Of a DNA stretch of 64,000 nt, positions 20,663 to 30,070 are shown piece after piece. The DNA is taken from NCBI GenBank assembly GCA_038893835.1, contig JAWAQR010000001.1:63382-127381 (forward strand), written 5' to 3'. The first letter of the stretch is position 1; the number at the start of each line of letters is the position of its first letter. Origin of the DNA: Archaeoglobaceae archaeon (lineage in GTDB: Archaea; Halobacteriota; Archaeoglobi; Archaeoglobales; Archaeoglobaceae). The translations under genes were made by a program, and so were the position numbers. The notes under the pieces are model-generated. The model searched no databases and was not told the DNA's origin. It worked only from the letters and a program-made list of their open reading frames with translations.

Positions 20663-21197
20663 CCACGTAAATTATGACGTTGTTGGACTCTATCCTCATT
20701 TCTCTAGCATCTCCGACTTTAATCCTTTCTCCGGAGCATAAGTCTTCGAGTAGAGTGATTCTTTTCCCTCCAAAAGTTGAAAGATCGAAATTTTTATCCG
20801 CCAGTATCAGCATACCTCTTTTACCAATTTCGAATTTTCTCCCATGTGCGTTTACAACAAGGACTTCACAAAGGTCCAATTTTAGTTTAGCTAATGCGAG
20901 CTGAACGCTGGAAATCCCTGGCTCTATTTCGGCTTCCTTAAAAAACTTTCCAAGTCCAGCAACCATTGGATCTCCAGTTGATAGAACCGCAACCTCTCTC
21001 TTTTTCCCCTCCCTTTCTATTTCAGCATAAACCTCGCTGTTGAACTTTCTCATCACAACCTTTTCTCCCTTTATACATTCCTCTGCAAGCCTTATGGCCT
21101 TTTCACTACCATAAACGATCTCAGAACTCTTTATCAAGGCCTTTGCCCTATCTGTCAAATGCCCCTCACATATTCCAACTCCAATAATCCTCAGCAA
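20655..21197 (-). CDS. cbiE: Cobalt-precorrin-7 C5-methyltransferase
   Basis: [25 protein letters not shown]. Confidence 0.85.
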   Translation of the reverse strand: MLRIIGVGICEGHLTDRAKALIKSSEIVYGSEKAIRLAEECIKGEKVVMRKFNSEVYAEIEREGKKREVAVLSTGDPMVAGLGKFFKEAEIEPGISSVQLALAKLKLDLCEVLVVNAHGRKFEIGKRGMLILADKNFDLSTFGGKRITLLEDLCSGERIKVGDAREMRIESNNVIIYVGD

Positions 21198-22032
21198 TTA
21201 AATCCACCTCCACTCCAAAAGATTTTGCCTTTTCAAACAAATCTTTCCCTCCAGCCCATTTCTTCAACAATCCAGGAAATCCTACTATTATCTTTTCTCC
21301 ATCGTGCTCTGAAAGTATTTCATCGATATGAACTCCGAACACGAAGGGCTGGAAGTCCGGATATTTTCTCCTCGCATACTCCCAAGCTCTTCTGCCAGTT
21401 GTTATCGCAATCTTTCTATACTTCTTCGCAATCTCGACTTTCACCCTTACCAACTCCTTACACCAAGGCTCGACAAAGCCTGTAGTACCGAGGATTGAAA
21501 TTCCACCCTTTATTCCTAGCTCCTCATTTTTCGTATCTTTCGCAATTCTTTTGCCTTCAGGTATTTCAACCAAAACTCCTCCTTTGTAACCAAATCTTTT
21601 GCAAACTTCTTCAAAGTTTTCTAGTATTTGCTTCATCGCACTTCTACTTACAGATTTTCTACCATTAATTTCCCCAATTCCTTCACCAAATTCGATGCCA
21701 AAACTCCTCGTTTTCGCAACGATCTCCACTCCACTAGTTGCATCAAATTCATGATCACCAGAAAATTTCCTCGCAATTGCCGTTCCCTTTTTCGCTTCCA
21801 CCTCCACCAAAACCCTTATTCCTACTGGAGTGGAAATTGAAACAAAGTCGAATTCTGAGTAAAGAGAGGCAACAGCTGCGACTATTGCTGCTGAAGCTGT
21901 TGAAGCTGTAGTTATTCCCCTTCTCAGAAAACCATCCTTTTTCAATATGAAAAGCCCGCTTTTGACGAGCGAAGATTTTCCCTCACACCACTCTTCTGGA
22001 TATTCGTAGAGTTCAATTGGATCTCTCAGCAT
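21166..22032 (-). CDS. cbiD: Cobalt-precorrin-5B C1-methyltransferase
   Basis: LRRGITTASTA, GDHEFDAT, GGISILGTTGFVEPW. Confidence 0.93.
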   Translation of the reverse strand: MLRDPIELYEYPEEWCEGKSSLVKSGLFILKKDGFLRRGITTASTASAAIVAAVASLYSEFDFVSISTPVGIRVLVEVEAKKGTAIARKFSGDHEFDATSGVEIVAKTRSFGIEFGEGIGEINGRKSVSRSAMKQILENFEEVCKRFGYKGGVLVEIPEGKRIAKDTKNEELGIKGGISILGTTGFVEPWCKELVRVKVEIAKKYRKIAITTGRRAWEYARRKYPDFQPFVFGVHIDEILSEHDGEKIIVGFPGLLKKWAGGKDLFEKAKSFGVEVDLIAEDYWSWNM

Positions 22033-23338
22033 ACTCTATTAGACAGTTTAAAATTGCAACACAGATGTTGCTCCCTCCTCTAGTTCCAACGGTCGTTATC
22101 GATGGCACATCCAAGCCGGCTATCATCTCCTTAGCTTCTCTGGCATTCACGAATCCAACAGGTGTTGCCACTATGAACCTTGGCTTATATCTCTTTGCTA
22201 TTTCATAAACAGCCATCGCAGCTGATGGCGAATTTCCTATTCCTATAACACTACCCTCGACAAGCTTTTCCATGCTCTTAAAACCAGATGAGACACGCGT
22301 ATCCTCGTTGCCTGCAAAGTCCATTGCACAAATTGAATTCATCCTAAGTCCAACCTTTACCATTTTTACATCAACTATGATCCTACTTCCTTTCCTTATT
22401 GCATCCACACCTTCTTCAGGATCTCCTTTGAATCTTATGAACTCCTTTATATTTGGATCACCAGTAGTAGCTATACATCTCCTCAGAATTTCATCTTTCA
22501 AAGTATCCCCTGGAACTATTCTTTTCAAAATTTCAGAACTCGTTTCGACGATTTCAACAGCTCTCTTCGTCATTCCCCCCATCTTTATAGCTCTGAACTT
22601 TCTTGGTGTGAACATCTTTCCTTTTTCGACTATCGTTTCAGAATTTGGGATTATTAGAATTGTGTTCATGTCCACGATATCCAAATTTTTTAGCAAATTG
22701 CTTAATCTAACGATTTGAACACTTTGATCATCTCTAAACGCATTTCTCACAACTCCAATTTGCACATCTCCTCTTTCAGCACTTATCAAATTGAGTGCTT
22801 TTACAAGGTTTTCTCTTCTTGCAGAACTCGAGGGATTGTAAATAGCGATCACAAAATCCCCACGTAAAGCGTAAGTGAGTCTAGTTTCTATCACACTCCA
22901 TGGAATCAATAGATCGCTGAGACTTATAACTACGTGATCCCCGCTTATCGGACATCCGAGCAATGCAGTAGCAGCATTGCTTGCGGAAACACCTGGAATT
23001 ACCTCGACATCTAATTCTATATCATTCTTTATTAAAAACTCATATAAAAATGGAAGAATTCCATAAATCGCCGGATCTCCTCCACTGACAAGAGAAACTA
23101 CACTCTCTTTTGCAAGTTCAACTGCTATCTCAACCCTCCTCATTTCCTCCCTCATTCCAGTTGTTATAACTTTTTTCCCCTTCAGAAATTCCGAGATCTC
23201 TTTGACATACTTTTCATATCCAACCACGTATTCTGACTCTTCGAGCGCTTTCAAAGCCTTTATCGTTATCAGTTCCTTTCCAGCTCCAATGCCAACGACA
23301 TAAAGTTTACCTCGCGATCGCAATTGTGACACCTCCAA
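22013..23338 (-). CDS. cbiHC: CbiH (C17 methyltransferase) - CbiC (precorrin-8 methylmutase) fusion
   Basis: SGGDPAIYG, ISLSDLLIPW, IYNP; C-terminal IGNSPSA, PVGFVNAREAK, RGGSNICVA. Confidence 0.9.
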   Translation of the reverse strand: MEVSQLRSRGKLYVVGIGAGKELITIKALKALEESEYVVGYEKYVKEISEFLKGKKVITTGMREEMRRVEIAVELAKESVVSLVSGGDPAIYGILPFLYEFLIKNDIELDVEVIPGVSASNAATALLGCPISGDHVVISLSDLLIPWSVIETRLTYALRGDFVIAIYNPSSSARRENLVKALNLISAERGDVQIGVVRNAFRDDQSVQIVRLSNLLKNLDIVDMNTILIIPNSETIVEKGKMFTPRKFRAIKMGGMTKRAVEIVETSSEILKRIVPGDTLKDEILRRCIATTGDPNIKEFIRFKGDPEEGVDAIRKGSRIIVDVKMVKVGLRMNSICAMDFAGNEDTRVSSGFKSMEKLVEGSVIGIGNSPSAAMAVYEIAKRYKPRFIVATPVGFVNAREAKEMIAGLDVPSITTVGTRGGSNICVAILNCLIEYAERSN

Positions 23339-24023
23339 AAATTCTTTTTGGCAATATAAGTTCCTTTTTCTTTGAAAATTTTAGGGCACAACCTTCAGCA
23401 ACGTTTTTCACACCAATGATTTTAGCTTTTGTTTCTTGAAGATTCATCTGATTCAACTCCTCTTTTTTAACGAAGAAGAGAGGCTTTTTCAGAATATCTG
23501 CAACTTTGACTATAGCGCTATTTTCTTTCCCCTCTACAGTTGCGATAACTCTAATGTCATTAAAACAAAGCCCAAGTTCATCTAGAGCACTTCTAATCGC
23601 TTCCACTATCTCTTTTTCCCCAACATTTTTTCTGAAGCCTACCCCAACGCTGACCCCATCTGAGAACTCCATCGAAGTCGTTATCACAGGCTCAATGCCC
23701 AGCTCAGCCAGAAATTCCGCGACTTCATTGCCTCCATGATGTCCGCCTAGGATGACAACCGCATGTCTCAACGGTTTATCAAGAACTATTATCGCTGGAT
23801 CTAGCCATTTGCTTTTTAAAAATTTTGATATTCCCCTCACCACGATTCCCGAGGCCATATATGCTACTATGCAATCAAAACGCATTACATCTTCCCAGAT
23901 ATTCTTCCTGTAAAACAGCAGTTCGACATCGTATTTCTTTTCAAGATGCTCAACGATCCCTTTTATTTTTTCCGCATCTTTTTCAAAGCACAGAACCGCT
24001 ATAGAGGTGCGATCTACCTTCAT
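23307..24023 (-). CDS. cbiG: Cobalt-precorrin-5A hydrolase
   Basis: MASGIVVR, DPAIIV, GGHHGGN, PVITT, VAEGCAL, VTIAIA. Confidence 0.92.
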   Translation of the reverse strand: MKVDRTSIAVLCFEKDAEKIKGIVEHLEKKYDVELLFYRKNIWEDVMRFDCIVAYMASGIVVRGISKFLKSKWLDPAIIVLDKPLRHAVVILGGHHGGNEVAEFLAELGIEPVITTSMEFSDGVSVGVGFRKNVGEKEIVEAIRSALDELGLCFNDIRVIATVEGKENSAIVKVADILKKPLFFVKKEELNQMNLQETKAKIIGVKNVAEGCALKFSKKKELILPKRIFGGVTIAIAR

Positions 24024-24699
24024 ATCCTAGCACCGCTTTTCCAATTATTATGACTGCCATCCTTCTAATCCCTTCCTTCTCCATCATTTGCTTTAAATCT
24101 GATAGTTTACAAAAGAACTTCTTTTCGTCCTCTCTGGAGGCTTTATAAACAACCGCACATGGCTCATCCAGTCCACGGACTTTTCCGACTTTTTCAACTA
24201 TGTGATCAACTTTATCCGCGCCTAGAAGTATTACAAGGGTGAGAGGTAACTTTGCGATTTCCTCCAAATGATCCTCTTCTAGCGTTCTACCTTTTGGTCT
24301 AACTATCGCAACTCCTACAAGCTCAGGAGATGTGAGCTCTATTCCAAGTGATGCAGAAGCTGCAAAAATGCTGCTAACACCTGGAACTATTTCTGCTTCA
24401 ATTCCTCTCTTTTTTAATTCTCTAATTTGCTCCCAAATCGCCCCAAATATACTCGGATCTCCGCTCTGCAATCTTACAACAATCTTTCCAGCTCTAACAG
24501 CTTTCTCCATCAAATCAACAATTTCCTCAAGTCTCATTCCATGACTGTTGACTTTCTCTGCCTTGAAATCCTCTAACATTCTCTCTTCAATTATCGATCC
24601 CGGATAAATTATCAGATCCGCCTTTTCCAGTAACTTCAGCCCCCTTACTGTTAATAGTTCCTTGTCACCTGGCCCAAAGCCAACAAAATAAACCTTCAT
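23983..24699 (-). CDS. cbiF: Cobalt-precorrin-4 C11-methyltransferase
   Basis: GPGDKELLTVRG, RLQSGDPSIFGA, PGVSS, VYKAS, RSHLY. Confidence 0.92.
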   Translation of the reverse strand: MKVYFVGFGPGDKELLTVRGLKLLEKADLIIYPGSIIEERMLEDFKAEKVNSHGMRLEEIVDLMEKAVRAGKIVVRLQSGDPSIFGAIWEQIRELKKRGIEAEIVPGVSSIFAASASLGIELTSPELVGVAIVRPKGRTLEEDHLEEIAKLPLTLVILLGADKVDHIVEKVGKVRGLDEPCAVVYKASREDEKKFFCKLSDLKQMMEKEGIRRMAVIIIGKAVLGYEGRSHLYSGSVL

Positions 24700-25283
24700 A
24701 GCTTTGCAACAACTATACTAAAGTAATCGGCTCTTTCGGGCAATTCTCTACTCATTTTTTCTCCATTCATGAACATTCTCTCAAGAAACCAGAAGTTTTT
24801 GAACCCCATATTTCTAAGCCTATTTTCAATCTCCTTCGGCTTTTTTGCTTTCATAACAACCAAAACATCCGGTTTCTCGAATTCTGGAGTCGTGATCATT
24901 ATCCCCTTCTCCACAAAAACTCTCGTTTTTGCCAATGCACTTGAGAAACTCGAAATTCCTGGCACTATCTCTACTTCAAATTCAGGGTTTAACTCAACAA
25001 TCTCACGGTAAAGAGTGTGAAATGTTGAGTAAAGCATAGGATCGCCAAGGCAACAAAAAGCAATATCGTGCTTTTTTTCAACCAATTCCCTCGCAAGTTC
25101 TCTTGCAACCCTCTCCCCCTCACCCATCGGAAACTCTACGATTCTAGCATTGCAAAAGTCTTTAATGAGATCGTATGCAATTTTTCCTGGAACTATTACT
25201 TCTTCAACCCTTTCAATCACTTCTAAAGCCTTTAAACTCAGCAACTTCTTATCTCCTGGTCCTAAACCAACGGCATAAAGCAT
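24696..25283 (-). CDS. cbiL: Cobalt-factor II C20-methyltransferase
   Basis: GLGPGDKKLLS, FPM, LGDPMLYSTF, PGISS. Confidence 0.9.
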   Translation of the reverse strand: MLYAVGLGPGDKKLLSLKALEVIERVEEVIVPGKIAYDLIKDFCNARIVEFPMGEGERVARELARELVEKKHDIAFCCLGDPMLYSTFHTLYREIVELNPEFEVEIVPGISSFSSALAKTRVFVEKGIMITTPEFEKPDVLVVMKAKKPKEIENRLRNMGFKNFWFLERMFMNGEKMSRELPERADYFSIVVAKL

Positions 25284-25373
25284 GGAACAACTTCGCTTTT
25301 AGACATAAATTTTTTTTGAATTAAACTTCGAAAAACTTAAATAAACTAATCTTGAACTAGTCAAGGTGATTTA

Positions 25374-26018
25374 ATGCACATAACCGAAGGATTTCTACAG
25401 CCGGAGTGGTGCATTTTCTGGTATGCATTCTCCCTACCATTTCTAATCTATGGATCCCTGAAAATAAGGGCTCTCATTAAAAATAGAGTGAATAAAATTT
25501 TGCTAGCAGTATCAATAGGCTTCATCTTTGTCCTTTCAGCTATGAAAATACCTTCCGTAACTGGAAGCTGTTCACATCCAACGGGAACCGGACTAGCAGT
25601 AGTCCTTTTTGGTCCAGCGGTTACTTCTGTTTTATCTGCAATAGCCCTTTTTTATCAAGCTTTACTTTTAGCACATGGTGGAATAACGACTTTAGGAGCA
25701 AACGTTGCCTCCATGGGAATCATAGGACCATTCTTTGGGTGGATTTTGTATAAAATTTTGAATAAAAATAGGAAATTGGCTGTCTTCACAGCTACAGCTG
25801 TTGCGGATATAATTACTTATTTAGTCACTTCAATTCAACTTGCACTCGCTTTTCCAGCATATCCTGGAATTTCGGGAGTTTTAGATTCGGCCATTAGATT
25901 TATGGCAATCTTTGCAATAACACAAGTGCCAATAGCGTTTGTTGAAGCCATAATCGCGGTTGTAATCTTTGAACAGGTCGTGAATAGGGTCAGTTTGGTG
26001 GAGGTGAGCGAGACTTGA
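25374..26018 (+). CDS. cbiM: Cobalt ECF transporter S component
   Basis: MHITEG N-terminus, GSCSHPTG, HGGITTLGAN. Confidence 0.95.
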   Translation: MHITEGFLQPEWCIFWYAFSLPFLIYGSLKIRALIKNRVNKILLAVSIGFIFVLSAMKIPSVTGSCSHPTGTGLAVVLFGPAVTSVLSAIALFYQALLLAHGGITTLGANVASMGIIGPFFGWILYKILNKNRKLAVFTATAVADIITYLVTSIQLALAFPAYPGISGVLDSAIRFMAIFAITQVPIAFVEAIIAVVIFEQVVNRVSLVEVSET

Positions 26019-26221
26019 TCTTACTTTCTTTACTCAGCTGGCTAGGTGCTGATGAGATTGCGAAGGACTTGATAATGGAAATTAATCCCGAGTTTGAACC
26101 TTGGCTTAATCCAATCTTTGAGCCGAGTGGTGAGCTTGAAACTTTTTTATTCAGCCTTCAAGCTGCAATTGGGGCGATAATAATAGGTTACATTTTAGGC
26201 TACCTGCATGGAAGATCTTGA
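26015..26221 (+). CDS. cbiN: Cobalt transport protein CbiN (short form)
   Basis: WLGAD, PWLNPIFEPSGELETFLFSLQAAIGA. Confidence 0.9.
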   Translation: MILLSLLSWLGADEIAKDLIMEINPEFEPWLNPIFEPSGELETFLFSLQAAIGAIIIGYILGYLHGRS

Positions 26222-26918
26222 AAGAATACAGGTAAATGCAAGAAGGTTAATTACTGGAGATGTCAACATTTATTTTTCCTTCATCGCTTTAATCATCACA
26301 CTACTTTCTGAAAAAGCCCAACTCGTCAGTATCCCCATTTTTATGACATTATCACTTTATGCAGCTGGAAAGAATTACTTTAAGTTGCTCGAAATACCTT
26401 TCTTCTTCTTGATTTCAAGTTTTGCGATAATCCTGTTCACAATACATGGCAATATTGTCTTCGAGTTCTGGTTTCTTAGAATTTCAGACAGAGCACTAGA
26501 AGTGGCAGTTTCAACTTTTTTTAGAGTTCTTGCAATGCTCAACATCCTATTTTACCTCATGATCACTACATCGCTTCCCGAGCTAATTTCAACATTAAAA
26601 AGGATTAAATTGCCACAATTCATAGTAGAAATGATGTTTTTGAGTTACAGAACAATTCAGGTTCTTTATGGAGAAGCGAAGAAATTAGAAACCTCCGCAA
26701 GGGTAAGATTGGGTTATTCCAGCTTTAAAAATTCTGTTTACACTCTTTCTTTAATCGCTGAATCCCTATTTTTGAGAGCGATAGATAGAGTTGAAAAAAC
26801 GGTTATAGCAATGGAGTTGAGAGGTGAGGAAATTCCGGAGTTGGAGAAGCAAAGCAAGGGAATTTGGCTCTCCATATCCATTCTTTCCCTAATGGTGATC
26901 GTCTCATGCTTGAGGTGA
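26208..26918 (+). CDS. cbiQ: Cobalt ECF transporter T component
   Basis: TM protein with ARVRLG and MELRG motifs; operon context. Confidence 0.88.
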   Translation: MEDLERIQVNARRLITGDVNIYFSFIALIITLLSEKAQLVSIPIFMTLSLYAAGKNYFKLLEIPFFFLISSFAIILFTIHGNIVFEFWFLRISDRALEVAVSTFFRVLAMLNILFYLMITTSLPELISTLKRIKLPQFIVEMMFLSYRTIQVLYGEAKKLETSARVRLGYSSFKNSVYTLSLIAESLFLRAIDRVEKTVIAMELRGEEIPELEKQSKGIWLSISILSLMVIVSCLR

Positions 26919-28102
26919 AGGATCTCTGGTTTAGATATGGGAAAGAATACGTACTCAAGGGTGTTAGTTTCAAGGCTGAGAAAGGAGTTACGATAATAAT
27001 GGGAAGAAATGGATCTGGGAAAACAACCCTTCTTTTGAACATAATCGGGATTTTGAAGCCTGAAAGGGGAGAAATAATCGTTGAAGGTGAGAAAGTAAAG
27101 TTCGATAAAAAGAGTCTGGATGAATTGAGAAAAAAGGTTACACTTGTATTTCAAAATCCTGATGATCAAATCATAGCTCCGACTGTATGGCAAGAAGTAG
27201 CTTTTGGGGCTAAGAATGCTGGAAAAGATTTTAAAAAGCTGACAAAAAAAGCCTTGGAGCTTTGTGATCTGAGTGAATTCGAAAGAGCTCCATGTTCTAT
27301 ACTGAGCGGGGGAATGAAAAAACTTTTAACGATAGCCTCTGCAATTGCGATGGATCCGAAGATAATCTTGCTCGACGAGCCGACAGCCGGTCTTGATGGG
27401 ATCTCTTTTAAAAAATTAGTAAATATTATAGAAAATCTTAAAGATAGTGGAAAAGTGCTGATAATTGCAACCCATGACTACGACTTAGCCAGGGCAGTTG
27501 GGGATAAGTTCGTTTTCTTAAACGAGGGCAGGGTTATTTATGAGGGGAGGGAAATCAGAAAAGATATTGCGAGAAAAATAGGGGTTAGATTAGGTGAGGC
27601 AATGGAAGGAAAGAGGACAAAGGATGAAGTGATAGGGATAATCTTTTCAAAATTAAGTCCAGAAGGGGATGAAATATTCGCGGACATCGGCTGTGGAACA
27701 GGTTCTGTTTCAGCTTTTTTCGCAAGATTTGTGAAAAAAGTTTATGCAATTGAGGAAAGCACTGAAGCTTTTGAAATCGCAAAAGAAAGGCTGAAGGATT
27801 TTAAAAATGTTGAGGTTTTGAGGATGAATGGTCTTGAATTCCTAACTACCCATGATTGCGATCTCGCATTCTTTGGTGGAACAAAAAATATAGAAAGAAT
27901 GCTCGAAGTCTGTAAGGCTAGAAGAATTGTGGTAAATGCAGCAAGGATAGAAGTTGCGATGAACGTAATGAACAAGATGAAAGAACTCGGAATTTTTAAA
28001 GAAATGATGATTGTAAACATTTCTAAAAGCTACGAGCTCGCAAATGCTACTGCATTTAGAAGTGAGAATCCCGTTTTCATAATTTTTGGATCAAGAGAAT
28101 GA
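26906..28102 (+). CDS. cbiO: CbiO ECF ATPase fused in frame to CbiT-like SAM methyltransferase (internal ATG 27602)
   Basis: GRNGSGKT, FQNPDDQ, LSGG, LLDEPT; then MEGKRTKDEV..DIGCGTG..FFGG..VNAAR..ENPVFI with no stop between. Confidence 0.85.
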   Translation: MLEVKDLWFRYGKEYVLKGVSFKAEKGVTIIMGRNGSGKTTLLLNIIGILKPERGEIIVEGEKVKFDKKSLDELRKKVTLVFQNPDDQIIAPTVWQEVAFGAKNAGKDFKKLTKKALELCDLSEFERAPCSILSGGMKKLLTIASAIAMDPKIILLDEPTAGLDGISFKKLVNIIENLKDSGKVLIIATHDYDLARAVGDKFVFLNEGRVIYEGREIRKDIARKIGVRLGEAMEGKRTKDEVIGIIFSKLSPEGDEIFADIGCGTGSVSAFFARFVKKVYAIEESTEAFEIAKERLKDFKNVEVLRMNGLEFLTTHDCDLAFFGGTKNIERMLEVCKARRIVVNAARIEVAMNVMNKMKELGIFKEMMIVNISKSYELANATAFRSENPVFIIFGSRE

Positions 28103-29074
28103 AACCGTAACGCCACTGTCGAATGAAAACTTTGGGAACATCTTTCTCTTCACACCTATTAAGCCATGTGCCAGTATTGGCAGCGCTATGGTTGCATCGA
28201 CAAAAACCTGAACTTTCTTGCCCTTGCAACTGATCTTTCCCCAGCTTATTCCCTCTTCAAGAGTGCAGCCACTCAGTCCGCCAAAATGGGGGGAATCTGT
28301 TGTTATTTGTATCGCATAATCATGACCAGAAACGTTGTAGTTCTTTAGCCTACCAACTATTTCTGTTTGCTGTATGAAGTTCTTTGGAACCCCCCCGCCT
28401 ATATAGATTACCCCGGTTTTTTCCGACTTCGCGACTATTTCCGTTAACTCTTCTATATCTTTTATCGTGTCAACAATGCACCTTTTTCTCGCAAGAGAGG
28501 CGCCAATGCCTATGGAGCTATCTGCAATTGCCGGGCAGAAAATTGGAACTCCCTCCTCATAAGCTGAAATTAGGATTGAATCCTCCTTCGCAATCTTTCT
28601 TATCTTCTCCGCAATTCTTTCTATTATTTCCCTTGAAGAGAGAACTCCTTCTGTTTCCTCAAAAATCTGGGATATCATGAAGTCCAGCAAATTGAACTCC
28701 CTTTCTTTGGCAAATACGTCGTAAATTCTATCTATACCCTGTCTGAATAGCTCCTCATCGCTCACAAAATCGCTTCCCAAGTAATGCTTGAAACCCAGAG
28801 CTTCATGGATGTCGTGGAATAAGTTTGCTCCAGTTGAAACCAACACGTCGATGAACCTGTTCCTTATAAGCCATGTGAGAACTTTTCTCATTCCTGCTGG
28901 AACCATTGCTCCAGCAAGTCCCATTAGAATTGTTATTCTTTCTTCATTTATCATTTCCAGCCATATCTCAAACGCTTCCCCTAATCTCCTTCCCTGAAAT
29001 CCTGTGTTGCTCATCGATTTTAAGAGGTCAAAAAAATTTCTATCCCTAACATCTATCGGAACTGTTGGTCTCAT
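28091..29074 (-). CDS. dys: Deoxyhypusine synthase family protein
   Basis: GFQG, STGANLFHD, DRIYD, PAIADSSIG, GGGVPKNF, GGLSGCTLEEGISWGK. Confidence 0.92.
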   Translation of the reverse strand: MRPTVPIDVRDRNFFDLLKSMSNTGFQGRRLGEAFEIWLEMINEERITILMGLAGAMVPAGMRKVLTWLIRNRFIDVLVSTGANLFHDIHEALGFKHYLGSDFVSDEELFRQGIDRIYDVFAKEREFNLLDFMISQIFEETEGVLSSREIIERIAEKIRKIAKEDSILISAYEEGVPIFCPAIADSSIGIGASLARKRCIVDTIKDIEELTEIVAKSEKTGVIYIGGGVPKNFIQQTEIVGRLKNYNVSGHDYAIQITTDSPHFGGLSGCTLEEGISWGKISCKGKKVQVFVDATIALPILAHGLIGVKRKMFPKFSFDSGVTVSFS

Positions 29075-29634
29075 ATCACGAATACTGCTGCAGCTAAAAC
29101 AGTTGTATATTCATTCTCCCCAACTTCGGCAATGGCGGTGATGTTGAAAGTTTTTGCAGGTTCTATGTCAAAGGCAGTCCTTAGCATATAAGCTGCCATT
29201 TCTTCAGCATGTCTTCCTTCTTCTCCATTACAGTAGCCATGGTATTCAGTGAGATAACCATTGAGGTTCGGATTCTCAGGAATTGCGACGCCTATGCTTG
29301 CAAATATTTTCTTTCCAGCCTCACAACTCGTCATGCGTGACATAACGCAAAAAACTATTTGTCCTGGATAGAGATCTTTAAGCCCCTCTTCTTTTGTCAC
29401 TATCTCACAGCCGGGAGGAAAAATGCTGCTAACGGTCACTAAATTGAACTTCTCAATTCCAGCATCCCTTAACGCTAGTTCAAAGCTTACTAGCTGGTCA
29501 GGGTGTTTTCCAACACCTAAAGTAAAAAAGACTTTTCTTGGCAATAATCTGCTTTCAGAGGCAAATCCAAAGCCAATTACTTTGCTTCTGTTCTGTTTAT
29601 ATCCCATCAATCCCGACTCAGACGTTTCCAACAT
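29071..29634 (-). CDS. pdaD: Pyruvoyl-dependent arginine decarboxylase
   Basis: SFELALRDAGIEKFNLVTVSSIFPP (Ser-Ser cleavage site), GYLTEYH, AAAVF. Confidence 0.93.
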   Translation of the reverse strand: MLETSESGLMGYKQNRSKVIGFGFASESRLLPRKVFFTLGVGKHPDQLVSFELALRDAGIEKFNLVTVSSIFPPGCEIVTKEEGLKDLYPGQIVFCVMSRMTSCEAGKKIFASIGVAIPENPNLNGYLTEYHGYCNGEEGRHAEEMAAYMLRTAFDIEPAKTFNITAIAEVGENEYTTVLAAAVFVI

Positions 29635-29667
29635 GTCCTTTCACTGGGATAATTGCTATTAGATAAG

Positions 29668-29682
29668 TATTTAAACTTTTCT
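29668..29682 (-). promoter_or_regulatory. BRE/TATA promoter of pdaD-dys
   Basis: Minus strand AGAAAAG-TTTAAATA about 33 nt upstream of ATG 29634. Confidence 0.6.
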
Positions 29683-30070
29683 ATTGTTTTGAACCTGTAA
29701 ACTTGGAAAAGTTGCGTAATAGTCATTTAAATCAAAAACAGAGCCGTTTTAACTAAATTACGACATATTATTAAATAAATAAATAGAAATTTGATGTCTC
29801 GATTAAACGAGTTCTACCCGCAAAAGCTTTCTTTAAAATAAAGGAAATAGAAAATGGTCAGAATTAGATTAATTTTTTTACAGCAAATCTTATAAAAATA
29901 ATTTAAAAAGCAATAATCCTGAAATCATCCACCCTTCCACGTTCTTTTCAATTTAAAAGTTTTTTAAGTCCAAGGGGGCAAATGAGTTCACCCAGAAGAG
30001 CTCTTCCAATTTTCCTCCTTTCAATCATAAAACAAAAAGGATATATTCTTCGGGTTTCAAAAGAGTTCCG

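Noticed and set aside
22013-23338. CbiH-CbiC fusion as a novelty
   Set aside because: Already known from Archaeoglobus
29635-30070. Replication origin
   Set aside because: AT-rich, but no repeated ORB-like (TTCCAGTGGAAA..GGGG) elements and no cdc6 in the window
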